NCBI GenBank assembly: GCA_949879765.1
Contig: CATLBQ010000001.1
Coordinates: forward strand, 95,742 to 159,741
DNA: 64,000 bases
Reading direction: 5' to 3'
Source of the DNA: an uncultured Bacilli bacterium
GTDB taxonomy: Bacteria; Bacillota_I; Bacilli_A; ML615J-28; CAG-313
Under the pieces are notes generated by a model that saw only the letters and a list, made by a program, of their open reading frames with translations, was not told the origin of the DNA and did not search any database. The translations under genes were made by a program, and so were the position numbers. How positions within the stretch are numbered: position 1 is the first letter of the stretch; every line of letters starts with the position of its first letter. Positions 59,913 to 64,000 of the stretch are shown in pieces.

Positions 59913-59987
59913 GTGGATTTTTTGCTCTAATTCCTCTTTTGATTTACAAAAAAAGAACTTTATGTTATAATACAAATAGGTGAACAT

Positions 59988-61106
59988 ATGCTAGGTCTTT
60001 ATATACACATTCCATTTTGTAATCAAATTTGTCCCTATTGTGATTTTTGCAAACGCGTATCGCAATCGTCTTATCAAACACAATATATCGATGCGCTTTT
60101 AACGGAGATGAAAATCAAAAAGTTAGATCAATATTCATTCGATACCGTATACATTGGTGGAGGAACGCCTTCAAGTCTGTCTTTAGAAAACTTAGACCGA
60201 CTATTTCTTGGAATAGAAAAAAGTATCCCCCTATCCTATTGTCAAGAGGTAACTATTGAAGTAAATCCTGAAGACATTACTGAAGAATTGGCATCTTTAC
60301 TCGCTAGGCATCATATCTCACGGGTAAGTATCGGTATTCAAACCTTTGTTCCGCATTTGCAACAAGTAATCAAACGGTTCACGACACGAGATGATATTCA
60401 TAAGAAAATAGCGCTTTTCCACCAGGTAGGTATAAATAATATCAATATTGATTTGATGTATGCGATTCCAGGTGAAACATTAGATGATGTAATCGCTGAT
60501 TTAACTTGTGCAGTATCATTACCGATTCAACACATTTCGTATTATAGTCTGATTCTTGAGGAGCACACCTTATTTTATCACTTGTATCAAAAACAAAAGC
60601 TCACTTTAATAGATGAAGAATTAGAAGAAAAAATGTACTATACAATTATAGATACGCTACAAAAGCATCAATTTCATCACTATGAAACAAGTAACTTTTC
60701 TAAAATAGGTTATGAATCCAAACACAACCTCATATATTGGAATTGTGAGTCGTATCATGCGATAGGTACAAGCTCTAGTTCGTATATCAATCATCACCGT
60801 TCTACCAATACAAGAGATCTCATATCCTATCTAGCTTATATGCAAAAGGGAGAAATTGCATTGGATGAAGATGAGGAAATTAATGAATATGAGGCGATGA
60901 AAGAAGAAGTAATATTGGGGCTTAGAAAGATTCAAGGTATAAATATCTTGGCCTTTCAAGCAAAATTTCAAAAGTCAATCATCGAAGTGTTTCCTCAAAT
61001 TCCTTTTCTTATTGAAGAAGGATTACTTGAAAAAAAACAAAATTATATTGCAATACCTTATCGCTATTTATATATTACGAATCACATTCTATTAAAAATA
61101 ATTTAG
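59988..61106 (+). CDS. hemW: Radical SAM heme chaperone HemW (HemN-like, oxygen-independent coproporphyrinogen oxidase family)
   Basis: The N-terminus reads LYIHIPFCNQICPYCDF. It sits downstream of lepA, as in Bacillus. Confidence 0.85.
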   Translation: MLGLYIHIPFCNQICPYCDFCKRVSQSSYQTQYIDALLTEMKIKKLDQYSFDTVYIGGGTPSSLSLENLDRLFLGIEKSIPLSYCQEVTIEVNPEDITEELASLLARHHISRVSIGIQTFVPHLQQVIKRFTTRDDIHKKIALFHQVGINNINIDLMYAIPGETLDDVIADLTCAVSLPIQHISYYSLILEEHTLFYHLYQKQKLTLIDEELEEKMYYTIIDTLQKHQFHHYETSNFSKIGYESKHNLIYWNCESYHAIGTSSSSYINHHRSTNTRDLISYLAYMQKGEIALDEDEEINEYEAMKEEVILGLRKIQGINILAFQAKFQKSIIEVFPQIPFLIEEGLLEKKQNYIAIPYRYLYITNHILLKII

Positions 61107-61111
61107 AATGG

Positions 61112-61672
61112 ATGATTCATTTGAAAAGAAAAATCAAGTTGACCCCGGCAGTTCAATTCAAAAGACAGTTCCTCTCCATTGTAATGGTGATACTCCTCGG
61201 TTTTTTAGTAGGTATTCTTTCAACTAACCGCTTAGAAAAAGAAGTCTATACGATTACCACCAGTACACGCTCTTTTGTTGAAATTTTTATTCATACATTT
61301 ACATTAAATTACTGGTACTTTTTTATCTTGTGGGTATGTGGTGTTTTACCCCTTGGTTTTATCATTGCCTATTTTATTGGCTTTTTTAAAAGTTTTATGA
61401 TAGGTGTCACAATTGGCATATGCATCAAAAGTAGTGGATTATTTGGCATCATTCAATATGTCAAATTTGGCATTTTGGAAATTGTAATTTTGCTTCCCAT
61501 TTTGATCTATGCTAGTTATAAAAGTATCTCGCTTTCTTTCAATGGAAGAGATCAACTTTTACAAAATAAAGAAAATTATTGGAATGTATTAGTCAAGATT
61601 ACCCTAGGGATTATTGTCTTTTCCCTTTTGACTTGTCTAAAATTCAATTTTATGGAGGCATCCCATGGATGA
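61112..61672 (+). CDS. SpoIIM-like (DUF95) polytopic membrane protein
   Basis: 186 aa with 5-6 TM segments. The LNYWYFFILWVCGVLPLGFIIAYFIGFFKSFMIGVTIG pattern parallels SpoIIM ([35 protein letters not shown]). It is adjacent to xerD, as spoIIM lies near ripX in Bacillus. Confidence 0.4.
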   Translation: MIHLKRKIKLTPAVQFKRQFLSIVMVILLGFLVGILSTNRLEKEVYTITTSTRSFVEIFIHTFTLNYWYFFILWVCGVLPLGFIIAYFIGFFKSFMIGVTIGICIKSSGLFGIIQYVKFGILEIVILLPILIYASYKSISLSFNGRDQLLQNKENYWNVLVKITLGIIVFSLLTCLKFNFMEASHG

Positions 61673-62567
61673 TTTAATCATCGAATATCAACATTATCTC
61701 GTCTCTGAGAAGATGAAAAGTGAAAATACTGTAAAATCATATGTCAGTGATTTACAGAACTATGTATATTACCTTCAACAAAAACTCATGATAGATGATG
61801 TTACATTTATTACAACTGAACATATTCAAAAATTTATGGCATATTTGAAAAAATTGGGTTATAGTGCGACGTCCTCTAGTCGAGCTTTAAGCGCTATCAA
61901 AAGTTTTCATAAATTCCTTTTGATAGAAGGACGAACCAAAATCAATCCTGCGTCGAATTTGTCTAGCCCAAAATTAGATAAAAAATTGCCAACTGTTTTG
62001 TCTATCGAAGAGGTGTTAAACTTATTGGAAAGTTTAAATGATTCTACGCCTATTCATCATCGGAATAAAGCAATGATTGAATTGATGTATGCAACTGGTT
62101 TACGAGTATCAGAACTAGTTACCCTCAAATTAACTGATCTTCATTTGACCAATAAAATGATTTCTGTCAAAGGGAAAGGAAATAAAGAACGAATAGTTCC
62201 TATTCATGACTATGCCAATCAAATTCTTCGTGACTATATCATTGAAGCTAGGTCCAAATTGGTTCATCCCACCAAAGATAGTGGTTATGTTTTTTTGAAT
62301 CATTTAGGTGGACCACTCTCTAGACAAAGTTTTTTCTTGATTTTAAAAGAGCAATGCCAGTTAGCAGGAATTACGAAAGAAGTGTCCCCTCATACGCTAA
62401 GACATAGCTTTGCTACCCATTTATTAGAAGCAGGTACTGACCTCCGTTATATTCAGGAAATGCTGGGTCATGAAGACATTTCTACTACACAAATCTATAC
62501 CCATTTATCGCAACAAAAATTAAAAGAAGTATACAAAGGAGCACATCCCCATGACAAAAGAAAATAA
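61665..62567 (+). CDS. xerD: Site-specific tyrosine recombinase XerD
   Basis: 300 aa with the catalytic region LRHSFATHLLEAGTDLRYIQEMLGHEDISTTQIYTHL and a GGAGG RBS. It sits upstream of deoB, as in Bacillus. Confidence 0.85.
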   Translation: MDDLIIEYQHYLVSEKMKSENTVKSYVSDLQNYVYYLQQKLMIDDVTFITTEHIQKFMAYLKKLGYSATSSSRALSAIKSFHKFLLIEGRTKINPASNLSSPKLDKKLPTVLSIEEVLNLLESLNDSTPIHHRNKAMIELMYATGLRVSELVTLKLTDLHLTNKMISVKGKGNKERIVPIHDYANQILRDYIIEARSKLVHPTKDSGYVFLNHLGGPLSRQSFFLILKEQCQLAGITKEVSPHTLRHSFATHLLEAGTDLRYIQEMLGHEDISTTQIYTHLSQQKLKEVYKGAHPHDKRK

Positions 62568-63756
62568 TTTTTATCGTTTTAAACGTATTTTTATCATTGT
62601 AACCGATTCTATGGGCATTGGTGAAGCACCCGATGCCAAGGCCTACAATGACTTAGGTGCCAATACATTTGGTCATATTGCCACTTACGCTGCTTCATTT
62701 GACATCCCTACCCTCAAATCACTGGGAATTGCCAATATTTGCCCCAATCCTACAATTAGTGCCGTTTTTCCACCACAAGGATTGGTGTTTCGGATGCAAG
62801 AACAAAGCACGGGAAAAGATACATTAACAGGTCATTTTGAATTGATGGGCTTAAAAGTCACCCATCCCTTTCCTTCCTTCACTGATACGGGTTTTCCTCA
62901 AGCATTGATTGAGCAACTTGAAACGTTTAGTAACCGGAAAGTTATTGGTAACATCAGTGCAAGTGGCACAGAAATAATCAAACAATTGGGAGAAGAACAA
63001 CTAGAAACAGGAGCTCTGATTGTCTACACATCAGCTGATTCTGTATTACAAATTGCCGCAAATGAAGCGGTAATTCCGCTAGAAGAATTGTATCGAATTT
63101 GTGCCTATGCAAGAAAAATTACCCTTGAAAACAAAGATTGGCAAGTGGGGAGAATCATCGCAAGACCATTTATTGGCACATCAAAAGACAATTTTGCGAG
63201 AACCACCAATCGGCATGATTATGCCATTCAACCTTTCGATAAAACTGCCCTCAATTTCTTGTCTGAAGCTGGTTTTGAGACTATTGCTGTAGGGAAAATC
63301 AACGACATCTTTGATGGCTATGGCATTACACAAAGTATACGAACGCTATCTAATCATGATGGAATGCTCAAAACAATCGACTATTTACATCAATCATTCA
63401 CAGGAATTTGTTTTACAAATTTAGTTGACTTTGATGCGCTTTATGGTCATCGTAGGGATTTAGAAGGCTATCGTAAAGCAATAGAAGAATTTGATACCGA
63501 TTTGGCTGATTTGATGTCTCAGATGAACGATGATGATTTGCTTATCGTTGTGGCAGATCACGGCAACGATCCTCTTCATCATGGTACGGATCACACTAGA
63601 GAATATGTTCCGTTTATAGGGTATTCACCTCGCATTCAAGGCAAAGTATTGCCTGATGCATCTACATTTGCCACCGTCGCCGCAACCATTTGTGATAACT
63701 TTCATGTAAAAATGCCATCAATTGGACAATCCATTTTAGGAGAAATAGAAAAATGA
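62551..63756 (+). CDS. deoB: Phosphopentomutase
   Basis: 401 aa. The N-terminus is IIVTDSMGIGEAPDA and the metal-binding residues are DHGNDP...HTRE. Confidence 0.9.
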   Translation: MTKENNFYRFKRIFIIVTDSMGIGEAPDAKAYNDLGANTFGHIATYAASFDIPTLKSLGIANICPNPTISAVFPPQGLVFRMQEQSTGKDTLTGHFELMGLKVTHPFPSFTDTGFPQALIEQLETFSNRKVIGNISASGTEIIKQLGEEQLETGALIVYTSADSVLQIAANEAVIPLEELYRICAYARKITLENKDWQVGRIIARPFIGTSKDNFARTTNRHDYAIQPFDKTALNFLSEAGFETIAVGKINDIFDGYGITQSIRTLSNHDGMLKTIDYLHQSFTGICFTNLVDFDALYGHRRDLEGYRKAIEEFDTDLADLMSQMNDDDLLIVVADHGNDPLHHGTDHTREYVPFIGYSPRIQGKVLPDASTFATVAATICDNFHVKMPSIGQSILGEIEK

Positions 63757-64000
63757 GAGAAAGATTTGAAATTAAATTTGACGAAAAATCAAAATTAGTT
63801 GTCTATAAGTGGACAAATTCAAACGTAAAAACCATCGGTTGTGTGCAAATTGCCCATGGCTTATCTGAGCATGTTACACGATATGATGCTTTTGCTAATT
63901 TTTTAGCAGATCATGGATTTATTGTACTTGCTGAAGATCACTATCAACATGGAGAGTCAGCAGAAGACCTTGAAACATTGGGACAAATCAATGATTATGA
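63753..64000 (+). CDS. Alpha/beta hydrolase (lysophospholipase/monoacylglycerol lipase-like), N-terminal part only; continues past the window end
   Basis: The start overlaps the deoB stop, with a GGAGA RBS. The N-terminus reads VQIAHGLSEHVTRYDAFANFLADHGFIVLAEDH, an HG oxyanion motif typical of this family. Confidence 0.55.
   Translation, partial: MRERFEIKFDEKSKLVVYKWTNSNVKTIGCVQIAHGLSEHVTRYDAFANFLADHGFIVLAEDHYQHGESAEDLETLGQINDY

Noticed and set aside
1-64000. CRISPR arrays, tRNA or rRNA genes, IS elements or transposases, prophage or integrative elements
   Set aside because: I saw no regularly spaced direct repeats, no tRNA-like cloverleaf candidates in intergenic regions, and no transposase or integrase ORFs. 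The only recombinase (xerD) is in its conserved chromosomal context.

Overview
The window reads as a low-GC (about 35-37% G+C) Firmicutes chromosome segment. Almost every gene is on the + strand, and the conserved housekeeping order resembles Bacillus. One block is rpsU, yqfC/yqfD-like, glyQS, dnaG, rpoD, trmK, nif3. A second is plsY, parE, parC, a cmk-rpsA fusion, der, gpsA. A third is tldD/pmbA, proS, then nrdD, nrdG, lepA, hemW, a spoIIM-like gene, xerD, deoB. Two accessory surface-protein regions interrupt this core. The first (11.9-27.7 kb) is a tightly coupled eight-gene locus: a 2,485-aa lipobox-anchored subtilisin (S8)/PA/Big_2/BspA-type LRR surface protein, a Listeria-Bacteroides-repeat lipoprotein, a complete Opp-type peptide ABC importer with unusual extensions, and a small membrane protein. 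I read this as a candidate coupled 'cell-envelope proteinase plus peptide uptake' system. The second (38.7-46.4 kb) holds a NodB-type deacetylase lipoprotein and two paralogous lipoproteins of 719 and 1,364 aa that share an unknown module of about 300 aa and carry expanding repeat arrays. Other observations: a cmk-rpsA in-frame fusion that keeps an internal RBS and ATG; two plsY paralogs, the second in a MarR-PlsY-glycolipid synthase cluster; sporulation-type genes (yqfC/yqfD, spoVIF-like, spoIIM-like) in Bacillus-like positions; no T-box leaders upstream of glyQS or proS; and several unexplained hairpin-rich non-coding stretches. I found no rRNA, tRNA, CRISPR array, transposase or prophage genes. 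All calls rest on reading motifs in the supplied translations and DNA; no database search was possible.
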